From Antedon mediterranea (lineage: Eukaryota > Animalia > Echinodermata), in assembly GCF_964355755.1 (NCBI RefSeq), contig NC_092673.1:5580001-5644000 (forward strand): 64,000 bases of DNA. Direction: 5' to 3'. The notes beneath the pieces were generated by a model. That model ran no database searches, was not told where the DNA came from, and saw only the letters and a program-made list of their open reading frames with translations. A program made the position numbers and the translations under genes. This document shows, piece after piece, positions 42,465 to 55,737 of the stretch; positions within the stretch are counted from its first letter, which is position 1, and each line of letters opens with the position of its first letter.

Positions 42465-45400
42465 CTAGTATACAGTAAAACCTCTTTAAAGGTACACCTT
42501 CTGGAGCCAACAAAGTGTCCCCCTTAATAGGGGTGCCCCCTTAACAGGGTGTCCCAAATTATACATACATGTTTTTTGTGTCCCCTTAATAGAGGTGGTG
42601 TCCCAAAGTAAGAGTTCTACTGTACTATGTTCCATAGCAGATCACTTTAAAATATAACTCAACCAAATAACATACACATAATTACATCCTTGACTTACAT
42701 GCAGATGTTGTTTATTTTTCTGAAGAACTTAAATAGAAAATCTACTAAATATACATAAAGTTGAAGATTTTTAGAATAATTTTAAACATTGTTCTGCTAA
42801 TTTCACATGTGGGTGCCTTAACAATATGTTGTTGGTGCTAAGTGAATAGTGTATTGATTTTTAAAGTAATGTAATTTTTAAATTAAATGTGATATTCATT
42901 GCTTTTGTGTGTAGGAGATTGAACTGATACAGCTTTCCACACAAGGTGGTGTGATGTAATTATTAGCTGAATTAGCCCTCGACACCACCCTAATTTATTT
43001 TTCTTTTAATTTTATTCTATATGTTTTAATTATGTAATTTAATTATTATGCTAATTAATATATACCTACACTAAAATATGCATGCATAAATAAGTAATAT
43101 AAAATCAGTTGATAATTAATAAAAATGTGTGTATGCATTTGATAACATTTAATATATTTAAATTAGTCAATGAGTAAAAGATTTTTTTTAGTAATATATG
43201 CAAATGGTTAACAAATTCTAAATCAACAACCTTGACGGAATCAGTCCTATTTTTATGGAGGTAGAAAACTTATATATAGAAAAAAACATTTTATTAGTCT
43301 GAAGTCTACACTATCAAACTTAAATATAGTAGTGGTGTGCCCAAATATAGTAGTGGTGTGCCCAAATATAGTAGTGATGTGCCCAAATATAGTACTGATA
43401 TGATGTCACATAAAGTTTGATGGTGTAGACAGCTTTACACAATTAATTTTACTCTTTTTATTCATATAATGTATTTTATGTATAACCACAATTATACGAT
43501 GTTGAAACTATTAAACAAAAATTTGTTTTCAAACTAACATTTTATCTTACTTATAATGTAAACTAACCTCTAGGCTGGCCTATTGTTTTATTTTTTAATT
43601 TGTTTATTTATTTTTAATTTATGATGTTTTTAATAATATATTTTTCCCACCAGTTAAATACAACTTTTGTGCCCAGCATTTTGTGGCAAGTTTTAATCCA
43701 TAAAGTATTTTGATATATACTAGTACCCAACCCACAAATACGGTTACTATTTCAAAGATTGTGTTTCTTTTTTATGGTGAAATGAATTAAGTAGTTGATA
43801 CAGGGTATACTACAGAGAATTAACAGTTTTCTATGGTACAGATATGACACTATAGCTTGGTACAATATTGTTCTTAGGTCATTGGTTCAAAGCCTATAAT
43901 ACTCCTTAACGGCGTATGTGTGTTTTTATTAAAGGCAACAAATACAGATGTCATTAACAAAATATTTCAGGTCATCTGAAATTTGTTTTTTTTATTCATT
44001 CAGTTTTATTTGTGAATAACATTGTTTAATTATGTTCTATTTCAATATTGTTTTGTTTGGTCTATAATATTATGATTTAATAATTAAATTATTGGTTTTT
44101 TTTTAAATTTGATTATTGTACATTATGTATGTATGTATGGTAGAAATATCAAGGAACCATGACAAAATGTTTCTACTGCAATTACTGCAGTAAATACATT
44201 TTCACTCTTCAACTTCCAATTATTTAGCAGGATTTTTGGAGTAAACATACAGACAGTTTAGTAGTTACTGCATTAACATAATTTTGATACGTTTTCCATA
44301 TAAACAGCAAATCAATTAATTAATTCACTATGGCATAATTAATATTCATTATAAATATTAATAGCTGGAATATTGTATAATCTTTTTGTTTTTTTGTAAA
44401 ATCTTCGTTTATTATATTGCCTACTCTTTCATTTAAAACCACCACTAAAATCTTATTCTGTTAATTTTACAGTACAGTTAAAAAACTTCACCACCTTAAT
44501 GTGCAGGACCCTGTGGGGAATTTTTTCTTTTATTGTAAATCTTTATTTCTGCCTGTTTCATATATGGTAACTGATGGCACATAATTGGTACATGCATGGT
44601 GAATGTTTTTTTTTTATACTGTACATTTTTAAAAAGTTTATATTTTTACTAACAGCTAGGCTGACACTGGTGGATGTATTTTCCGTTTATAGAACTAATA
44701 TAATTGTATATATCAAAGAAACATATACAATTGGTTTAAGATCATGTTTAATTGTAAATAAGATACACTTTTATTATATTAAAACACACATTAACACTCT
44801 GCACTACTATACTACCTTCAGCTCTATTTCATATTTTGAAATAGTATGTACCAAGTTTCCATTTAATCAGATTCAAAAAAGGTGTTTATTTTTAAACACT
44901 GTATTTATAAATTTAAAATTGATGTACAAACAAAAAATATTCTAAAATGAGCACACTGATTCAATAAGTTTGCCTGTTTATGTAATGTTTTCAAGATTTA
45001 AACAGTTCAAAATGAGGATTAAGAAAGAGGTAATTTTCCCCTGTATGTAAAAGTGTAAACAACTTTAGCAAAAAATTATACAATATGCCTACTACATGTC
45101 AAAGTCACCTAGGGAACTATTTCGTTCAAAGTGACATTGACAACCATTATTGGGATATAATAAAAGTTATTTTTGTAATCATTAAATGCTTGCCAACTGG
45201 AAACACATAGTTCAAAGGTCATGGTGTCTGATCCATATTTATAACGTCCGTGTATAAGGTGCGGATAAGCACGAAAGATTAACGGCGCACTATGATGTAA
45301 TTTTAACAGCATTACGTAATGTTATATAATATTAATATAAGCCATGTGGCGGTGTAAGTTATTGATTTGGTAATATATTCAATTGAGAAAAAAAAGATTT

Positions 45401-46859
45401 CTGCGTCTTTTATTATTATTTGAACGTAGTCCTATCAGGTATTTATCCAGGTAGAATTTGAAAGTAATCATAAAGGATTTCAAAATACTAATCACTACAT
45501 TACTAATCCATTCAACCCAAAATCTATATCTTCTTTACCTATTCAATGAATTTATTCATTTAAGAAAATGATAAATATCACAGAATAAATTCTAAACATT
45601 ACGATATACTGAAAATTAATTAATTTGAAACTGAAATAATAAAGATGAGGAAAATTCCCCCCAACCGAGATTCGAACCCGGAGCCTTCTGCTTGATATGC
45701 AGATGTCCTAACCATGGCTTTCGTGTTATTACTCAAATTTGATCGTGGTACGGCGGAACAGCACTAGTACCTTAATTTATATATATATATATATATAAAC
45801 ACAACAGGCAAAGAACATTAATTCTAAACCGCCCGATGATATACTGAAATTTAATTAATTAATTAATATATTCGCAAAGACTTTGTATTGTAGAGCATCT
45901 TGTGTATATGCTTGTCCCAGAACAAACAAGGATGAATGAATATGCTTATGGTTATCCTTGGCAATTTGCCAAAATATATTTTGGCAATTTGCCAAAATAT
46001 ATTTAAAAAAAAATCATAATTCGCGGATAATTAAGGTATGGTTCCCATTAATTGGGCAACAACCATGTTTATTGTAATGTTTATTTTATGATAATTATTG
46101 TATTATTATTATTATAATATAATAACGTGTAAATTTACTAGTCCTCCGTATGTTTAAACAGTTTAACTATTTATCAGGGTGTCCTGGAAAATTCATATGT
46201 TTTAGAAAAGACTGGGTTAGACTATATCATTGAATACGGAGACCTGAGTAAGATTTGAGATGTTGTTTTTCTCATTTCTTCCTTTGTGACAATCTATGCC
46301 TAGGCTATAGGATATCCTGTAGGGTAGTTGAAGTCTATTATTACCCATCTTTAATCTTTCCGTTAAGTACGTTTGATACAATGGTTCCTATATAATTTAG
46401 GCCCAGCTGTTGTCACATTAGCCATGGAGTAACATATGCCCAATTCTATAGCGAATGACTTAATTCATTGAGTAAAGACTCCATGCTTAATTGTATAAAC
46501 AATAAAATAAAACGTTGAAGAAGAACGGATTAGGCCTATTTAATACCTGAATTGGCCTATTTATTTTCATTTGGTTGAAATATGTGATAACTTTTCATTT
46601 TAATTTGCGAAGAAAAAGAAAAAAACATTAGTCCTACCATATAGGTATAGGCCTAAATATATTATTTGATTAACCAAGATAACCTTTTAAACCACAAAAA
46701 AAGAGAGAGAACAATGATAACACTATCAAAGTGACTTTCAAAACGTTACATTGTTATCATTTTGTGTTAAACTTATATTACAATTAGATCAATCTGAACG
46801 AATTACAGTATTGTTTCTCACGGCAATTGCTTTAAAAAAAACTTTAATAATGTGTTTGA

Positions 46860-47465
46860 ATTTGAGGGCGCTAGTCTAATTTCAAAACAAAACATCGCAC
46901 GTGTTTTTGTTTTGGTTAATTTATGCTTCACACAACACAACAAAGGCCATTTAATTGTTTCTTTGGCGGGGTATTAAAAAAGGTAAGATTTAGTTAGAAA
47001 AAATGTCATTCTAGAATACACATTTAGCAAGGTTTCAGATATTTAATACATTAGAATAAAGGGAGACTACTGCTGTATTAGTTTAGAGAGTTTAGGGTTT
47101 CTTATTGCAGAATTTAACCTGATTTTTTATTTATAATAAACATCGCCTAGCCTGTACAGACTACAGGTGGTTTGCTAGTTGGAGGCTACTGCCAGACAAT
47201 CGGAGGACGTGGTTGGTTCAAAAAAGTTGGCAAGTTCGGGCCCAACTAGATAGGCCTGGGAGGTAAATTTAAGTTCAGAGATCATATTTACGTTTTACTA
47301 ATACAGTTCTGTCCTATTATCCTCTCACATTGATTCGTTTGACTGATGTGAATAGTAAGTTTTTATGGACCTGAAATGAAGGTTACAAGAGTTTTATTGT
47401 CTGCTTTTAAGGTGATTGTTTGATTTTGTTTTTTTGTCGCCATTATTTTGAGTTGAGGTAAGCTT
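46860..47465 (+). promoter_or_regulatory. Probable promoter and non-coding first exon(s) of a downstream gene
   Basis: E-box CACGTG (~46898), GC-box GGCGGGG (~46965), strong donors AAG|GTAAGA (46982) and GAG|GTAAGC (47457), TAGGCCTA cluster. No coding homology recognised. Confidence 0.4.
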
Positions 47466-50134
47466 GCTACTTTACTCATCACTAGCAATTTTTTCGGTCG
47501 TGACCAATCACAATGCAGTAGATGCCTGTTCTCTGACATGGATTTTAAAAATCAAATCATAATTTATTTGGCTGGACATGCATTTTTGACGGATGTATAG
47601 ATACACTTTTGATCATATCGTTTTTAACTGCACATAGTATTGAATTCTAGCCGAGGGTTCAGCAGCTTTACCCATCAGCGTAAACTCATAAAATACTAAT
47701 GAAAGGTGTTTTTTTAAAGTTTATTATTTGGTGGTTTGGTAGAAGTACAGGTATTGCACTTTTAAAATTGTGCAGCTCATTTCATAAACAATCATAATCC
47801 AGCCTATATTATTTGTAATAATACTAGTAAAGAATGAACCCAAGGCTGAATTTTCGTTGTATGGAAAATGTATCAATTTTACATATATGCTTTTTATAAA
47901 AAAATAGAAACAGAATATAATATTTAGCTAAATTGCATGAAAATGATAATCGCTTCTATTACAGAAACCATAGGTGGAAATACAATTTAAAATAATGTAT
48001 TATGATGAGATTTCCTTATTTAATTGCAAACGACATACTTTGGAATTTTGATTGACATATTGATTTTTCTGTGATTAGAAAATAAAAATCAGAAGTAATT
48101 CACTTAAATCTGTGCACATACACATAACATTACCAACTTTTGGGGTTTTTTCTTCGTTTTTATTCCACAACTTAATTAACTACTGTAGTCATTATAAATT
48201 GTTTCATACCAAATTGTTTTTCTCTTCCCATTTACCCCCCCCCCCCCCACCAAGTTTGTTTTTTAATAGGGAAAAAATAAGATTTGTTTTCTGACTGAGA
48301 CTGATATATAGGACCCTGCCCCACAACCCCTTTCAACCTGGGCCTACTGTACTCAGAGCTGTAGTTATGTCCAATTTCAATTACTGAAAATTGTCCTGCT
48401 TTAAGGTGAAATGTTTATAACGAACACAATTCAATTACCTAGCTCTGTTATTTGCCACTAACTCAAACTAATTTAATTACTGAATCCAATTAAGCCAGAC
48501 TTGCAGAATGTATTCTACACATTATCAAATGAAATCTGAAAAGAAAAGCTTGAAAACAACCTTTTAATGATATTAAAACACAATAATTGAGAGAATAATT
48601 ACTGAAAATTTGTTAATTTACTCACTTGTTTCAACATGAAAAAAAAATTAGGATAAAAAATTTAAATATTCTCATTTTTATTTTTAAATAAATTGTTTGA
48701 CGACAACACTATGTAGAGCACCACCACCCTTCCGACTCGTCCCCTCTCCCCCTCTCCCCTCACCCTCTACAAAAACCCCTGTAAATTCACTTTTAAACAA
48801 TACATGTACCGGCACAGGTACTGTACAGTACATGAGAATGAAGTAACACAAGATTTACTATAGTATAGTGTGCTATTCCATTTGATTCATCACCATGCAT
48901 AAAGCACTTTTATACATTGACAAGTCCTTAAATTATGCTTTTGTCTTATAATTTTATAATTTTCTAGTAATAATTTTGTTTAAATTTTTATTTTTAGAAT
49001 TTTTTCTTAGTGTTAAACCAGGAATACATTTTTTTTCACCAAACTATTCCTAGTTTAACACCAAAAACTACAAATATTAAAAAAATATGTATTAATATGA
49101 AATTATATAACTATGATCACCATTCGTTTGGGTCAACAAGTTTTGCGATGCAATGAGCAGGAAAAAAGAAATATTTACATTTCATGACAAGTATATTCCG
49201 TCCACGATGTTCTGTAACCGTAATTATCTGTTAAATTACTGTCCTTGTACTGTCCCAAAACGAATTGATATTTATCTCATTAAAATATCTCTGCATCTCA
49301 ATATTTGATGCCAAGTCAATAACCTTGCAATTGCATTGCTTTTTCCTGTGTAAAAACAGAAACCTAAATTAGTTGTACACACTACTGTGTACTACGTGAT
49401 TCAATTACACAGTATTCTCCATATGCAATTTAGTGCTCTAATACAACTCCCTGCTCTAATTATCTGCATTGATAAATGTCTTAACATACTGAACACTTAA
49501 CAACTTTATATATTTGTATAATTCTCCCAGACTCTCACTTTATCATACAATTCTGTTTGCGTAAACATCGTGTCACCACAGGAGACACGGTGTATGTACC
49601 TTTTAGTTTTACCACATTGAAGTTATCACATCTAAACACTTAGGATAATAGCCCTACTATTTGCCAGCTAAAGGTTTAATATTCCAGTGCCATTTAAAGT
49701 GGAAAATGCAATAAAATACTTTTGTAGGCTAGAAGAGTCTTTACAATTTAAGTGTTTATTCTGTTTCCAAAATAGAGTTAAATGAGCTCGGAAACAATTT
49801 AGTATTAGCTTAAATTTTTAATTTGTTAATTTATAGACAATAGATAGTCATGATATAAATGCATACAGTAATAGAAATAACTCCACCTGGCTAATATAAA
49901 TGTGTAATTATATTTCATTATTATAAATATATATTACACATAATTGTCATCTAGAACATTACTCTTTATCTTTTAACAGCAAAAACATAAAATGGGAAAT
50001 TTCATATTCTGTAATTGTATAGACCAAGCCAAATGCAAACAAACAAATCTGTTCTAAAATATTAATTATAATATAAATGAAATCATGATTTATGATTTAT
50101 TTTAGTTTTATTTTTAAAAATGGCTTCCAATCAA

Positions 50135-50620
50135 AGAGCATTGAGTATTAAGAAGAAGTTCTATGTTCTTTCCTTTGGTGAAAAGAACAGTCTGGATTTG
50201 AACCTACAACTCTAGACACAAGCACCAATCTACAGTGCCACTTCTGTACATATGTATTGAATTTTTGCAAAGACATAGTTTTTGGTTCAAAACATGCAAT
50301 TTTTCTGTAAAAATATTGTTATAAGGAATAACGAATAAATAATAAGTGTTTAACATAAAGTAGATTTTAATTAGAAGCTGAAATCGTCTATTTAAGAAGA
50401 GGTGCTATGTTCTTGCCTTTGGTGAAAAGAACAGTCTAGATTTGAACCTACAACTCTAGAGTGAGACACAAGCACCAAGCTACAGTGCCACTGCTGTACA
50501 TACAGTATGTATAGAATGAAACGAAGACATGCAATAAATATTCCTATTACTTTCTATCAGCAGTGTAAAGAAAAATAGTGTTTAACATAAAGTAGTCTAG
50601 ATTTTAATTAGAAGCTCCAT
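50135..50620. repeat. Diverged tandem duplication (~240 bp)
   Basis: TAAGAAGA.GT.CTATGTTCTT.CCTTTGGTGAAAAGAACAGTCT.GATTTGAACCTACAACTCTAGA occurs twice. Confidence 0.85.
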
Positions 50621-52197
50621 TAATCTGCAGCAATGTCAGTCTCTGTTATTTATCAGTGGGAGGTGCTTGTTCTTTGTCGTTGTAAAGTTGTTACACTCAT
50701 CTGGTCATTCCATAATAGGGAGAACTAATAATTGATCGCGTTCAGTCGGCATTGATACCTGATTGCTCTATCCGTAGTCTTGAAGGCAAAATCAATTTTG
50801 TTTGCCAAATTCAATCTTGTGACGTAAATGCTGACAACCTCAACGTCGATTACAAAGTTCCTGATTCGCCTCGTTAAGTGTTCTGCTTTCTCAAAAGATT
50901 CTGTATCTTGTGGTTTTTTTTTCTCAGTTCAGTTCAACATATTTCTTGTCGGCAAGAAAATATATATTGGACCTTTTGTGATGTATGGGGTTGATCAGGT
51001 GTGACAATTTTGGATTAGTTTTTTATTGTGACTTTTACTGATTGTCTGAACCACTGCTGCTGTAGGTATGTTGTTATTATTTTTTTTACTACACTCTTAC
51101 AGTATTTGCTATCAAATAAATTCAAATATAGGTTTAGTATTTTTATTATAACCAAAAACATTAAATACTCTGTTGAAAAAGTAGTATCCAAATTTAACAA
51201 TGTGACAAATTTAAATTACAATTGAATAAATTGACTAATAATAAACAAAAAACTGGTCCAAATCTGACAATAGTAAATTATGAAAACATTATATAGTACA
51301 CACTGATTTTTTTCATTTTTGCAATCAGAAATCTACAAACTAGATAGCCTTGAAATTGTTTGTTGCCATGCAATTGTGTAATCCTCTTTCTTGGGTGAAC
51401 TCCAATACTTTGAGAATAATATATTTGATATAAATTCATTCTTTAAGCCTTGTCTACACTATCAAACTTTATGTGTCAAAAAAATGTGATGTACCCATAT
51501 ATGGTAGTGATGTGCCCAAATATGGTAGTGATATGACATCATATTGTCCATATATGGGCACATCACATTTTTTTGTTTGATAGTGTAGACAAGGCTTTAG
51601 AAAACCTAATTTTTTTGTGACTGTTCGATACTTTATAATTCTCCCTTTTTATTTATTTTTATTTTGTTGGTATTTAAAACGTTTCCTTTCGTTTGATGTA
51701 TAGTATCTACTGTAAATATGTTTTCAGATTGTTTATTCCGTTGATTTTTGGTACTGTTCTTTTTAAACAAAGAAAAATATGTACAGACAGTAACACATTC
51801 TGTACTAAATAACAGGGTTCATAAACTGGTTCATATAAAGTAAGAAATGGGTTTATCTTTTCATATTCGGTATCATATCAGTCCAGAAGAGCTAATACGA
51901 GTTCAACCAGGCACTCATAAAAATGTGATGTGCCCATATATAGACATGAAGATGTCATATCACCACCATATTTGGGCACATCACACTTTTTTTTGTCAAA
52001 CTAGTTTGATAGTGCAGACAGAGCTTACACCATCTGGATAGTTTTTTGTTTAACAATATGTTAACAAATACCAACTCAATAATTAATATTGCTAAAGATT
52101 TTATCACTTTATGTATAAAAATAATTTCTTATGTTATTTTGTTTCATCAGAATATCATTTAGATTGTTATTGAATGTTTTCTGATATTAAATTAAAT

Positions 52198-52233
52198 CAT
52201 CTAGATATTATAGTGAACTATAATATATCTATG
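52198..52233. mobile_element. 36-bp P-like palindrome (17+2+17) with 7-bp TSD
   Basis: ATTAAAT|CATCTAGATATTATAGT-GA-ACTATAATATATCTATG|ATTAAAT. Confidence 0.7.
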
Positions 52234-53278
52234 ATTAAATGGATCTTGTGCTTATCACGTTATTCCTGTAAGCATACACGGATCACTGTACTCGATGCCC
52301 GCTGTAGTATCATAAACACGGCCTGTGAATCGTGCAACTACTAGTTCACTTGCAATGGAGCCGTTTAATGTCAACATTTTACTGAAGTATAATCTGAACA
52401 CTAAATGCTACACTATCTCTATTTCCATAAGTGTATTAACATTAAATAATTACATTTTTAATAATTTTATTATTATAAAATCATATTTTATAATGAGAAA
52501 CATAGAGGACTTCCCTGTTTTAATGTATTTTTACTAAAAATATTTGTTCTCCCATCTTGAATATTACGTAGATGTGATTGCATGTAGATTGCATTTCATG
52601 TGTATTTTTCTGGTTTTCTTTATGTCTAACAATGATTTTGACCAAATAAAATGAATGAATGGATGGTAAAATAAAAAATAATTTATTAGGAAATGACACC
52701 TTTGCATCGGTGGCACACACAGAAGTGGTGCATCCAATTTAACATAATACATCAAAACAATACATTATATGACGGATACAGGTTCTTAAACTAATTTGCA
52801 AAAATACTGTCAAATCATTATCAACATGGTAATACAGGTACTGTATTAAATTGTCCTACAGTATCATAGGTTTGAGTTGATAAAGAGGTATATAAAAATA
52901 AACATAAAATATAGTAAAGAGTTGATGGATGGATGGTGTTATTTAGAATTCAAATATAAAACGATGTTTTATAATTGCTATAGTAATTTATAATTTATTA
53001 TAAGCGTAAAGGAAGGAGAAAAAACTCAAATGAGGGTTCAAATTAAATTTCTTCTTGTGATAAAGTTTAATATAATATTTGAGGATGTTACTTATTGTAG
53101 ATGTACAGTAATCAAATTATCTTATCTATTGATATTTAATTTGTTGCATTCAAACTACTAATAATAAATTATTCCACCAAAGAAATAAGCAAAAGAATTT
53201 ATCAGAAGTATAATAAAAATGTTACCATATTGTATGTTTTATTAATTATATTAATGTCCAGCTTTCTGTAATATTATT

Positions 53279-53618
53279 GGTTTTATTCGGTTCAAACTCG
53301 TAATCATTATACTAATTTAAATTGGTTGACCAGATGAGTAGGCGATATTTTGGATGATACTCGTCAGCGGTTTGTTCGGTTCAAACTCGTAATCATTATA
53401 CAACTTTGTACGCCATAAATTGGTTGACCGAACGAGTAGATCGGATGATACATCGTCAATCACTGTTTGTTGTGTTCAAACTCATAATCATTTAATACTG
53501 CACACATTGGTTGACCTTACATGGAAGATAACAGTACGAATGTGGGCCGTAGTCTGTGGTTTGCTCGGTTAAAAATCCTTATCAATCATTTACGATTTGT
53601 TCCATAGATTGGTTGACC
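53279..53618. repeat. Diverged 4-unit tandem array (~90-100-bp period) with an invariant ATTGGTTGACC block
   Basis: The 11-mer occurs at 53321, 53419, 53506 and 53608. A second block TCGGTTCAAACTCGTAATCATT is partly conserved. Confidence 0.8.
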
Positions 53619-53679
53619 AGAGAGAAAAAATAATTTAAATTCTTTATAGTCAGCGCAGCAGTAGAATATTTCACCTTAA

Positions 53680-54210
53680 AGATGTATTGTCCCTTTGACT
53701 AATTCAAAAATTTTTTTTTATTATATTTTGAAAAAAAGTGGGTCATTTTGAAGTATCATAATAGTTATTAACTTTCACCAAATATTAGTTGAAAAAAAAA
53801 TAATTTAACCGAAATACGGACGTTTTTTTATTCAAAAAATAACTTTGACTTCCAGCCAAAGTTTTCGATCAAAACATATCTCATAGTGCAACGCGCTTGT
53901 TTTGGCTACTCTGTATGCATAATCATAAAACTTCCTCGCGATCTTTGTGAAAACACCTTCTCAACCGGGACGAGTTGTAAACAATCTTAATTAGCATCAT
54001 GCATAATGCATACTCGTGGATTGAAATCTTTGTTTACTTTCGCTCATAATGATTTTCCAGACGAAATGTAATCAAATTAATTTACTTGTTAAACTTGTTG
54101 TTTTTGCCTCGAATTTTCGACTTAAAGTGAATAACTTTACTTTGATATGGCCAATTTAAATTTAGAATATTTTTTTTTTCATTTTTTGTGTTTCAAGGGA
54201 CAATACATCT
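53680..54210. mobile_element. Kolobok-type MITE, inverted relative to the 30479 copy
   Basis: TTAA|AGATGTATTGTCCCTT...AAGGGACAATACATCT|TTAA. Confidence 0.85.
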
Positions 54211-55737
54211 TTAAACCATAGTTGGTAAAAAAAAAAATTGACAAAACCAAATTTAGTGAGGTTTACTCAATCCTATAGTACCTAGTTAAATATTTGGTTT
54301 TTTTTTTTTTTTTAATATGGTAGTTGGTACAGACATGTTCAGTAAAAAGAATTTCTTCTTTCGTATTTCGTAAGTTTGAGTTTAATTCAAATTTGATTGA
54401 ATACTTTTTTTGTGTGTAGTGATTTTTTCTATTTATAGTAGTTTACTTTATATTATTATGGTCTTTTACCTTGACCTACTTTACACAGACAATTGTTCAA
54501 TCTTCATTATAATAACAAGTTTGTTTCTCACAAAGTAGGGTGTAAAATATAGTATGTTGATACCTTGTATTGAGTTGTTGACAATTGTCTAGCTGCAATA
54601 ATAGTTTCAATAAAGTATGCTTTTTAGTAGCAAAGTAACCTCTGACCTTTACAGATACTGTAATTGAATAAAATCAAGTTTTTTCAAGATAGAAGTATAG
54701 AATATAGAATTTATTTATATTGTTGTTGACAATTTGTGTAGCTTTACTAACTTGGTTTTTATCACCAATAAATTTACTTGATATAAAATTAGTCTATAGA
54801 TATTTAGATATTATAAAAACTAAATTTGTTAACACAATATTTTTGAAATTTTTTTTCTTTTGGATTTAACTACTATAGTTTTATTTAGTTATATTATTGT
54901 TAAGATTTAGTATATCGGTTTGGAAAAAGAAGCCGTTGTATTGCATTGCAAGGAAATATTACCATGGATAACAATTTTAAATAGAATTTTTTTTATCCAA
55001 TACTTTAATATGCCATTCAACCATTTATTTGAAATGCCCTGTTTTGGCTTCTAACAAGTAATTAATTCACACACTCTAGTGTAGCTTAACAGAACAGAAC
55101 ATTTAAACTTATATGGTAAAAATTGTACATGGACTCGCTGCATTAATAAATCTATAACACTGACTTTACTCTATGGTTCCACAACCTCCTAGTGAGGTGT
55201 TAAATTTAGATACCTTAATAAAGAATAAATTATCACCGTAGGTAAAGATCAATTAAATTGTTGACCAACCTTAAAACTAGTAATTGTTTCCCTTTAATTA
55301 GAAATGTAACTTAAACCCAAGGGGAAAATGAATGAAGGTTATACCAGCATTTGCTTATATACAACAATTAAATCAATAATCTATATAAGTATAGAGTACG
55401 AAATGACCGCCCATCTTAAGTTCTTGAGACCAAAGAGCCATTTATTGATTTGTATAGGCTGAGTGAAGAAAGAGATCAATAATTGGAAGTGGAGTACCCT
55501 ACAATTGGTATGTCAGAAGTGTTTTTGTAGGAATACATACTGTACAAGCGTTTAGATAATGTGTGGTTATTATTAAACTAGGAAGGTTTCACTGTACTTG
55601 ATAGTATAACCAAGGTAGGGATATTTGCTTCGGGCTAAAGTTGTATTTTAAATAATAATGGAAAGTAATTAATTTGTATGGTAATCTATCAATTTTCTAA
55701 GATTATGATTTGAATTGTTAATGTATAAATTATACAC

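Noticed and set aside
53279-53618. Repeat-spacer appearance reminiscent of a CRISPR array
   Set aside because: Eukaryotic context, no cas genes, and the spacers are homologous to one another. Kept only as a diverged minisatellite.
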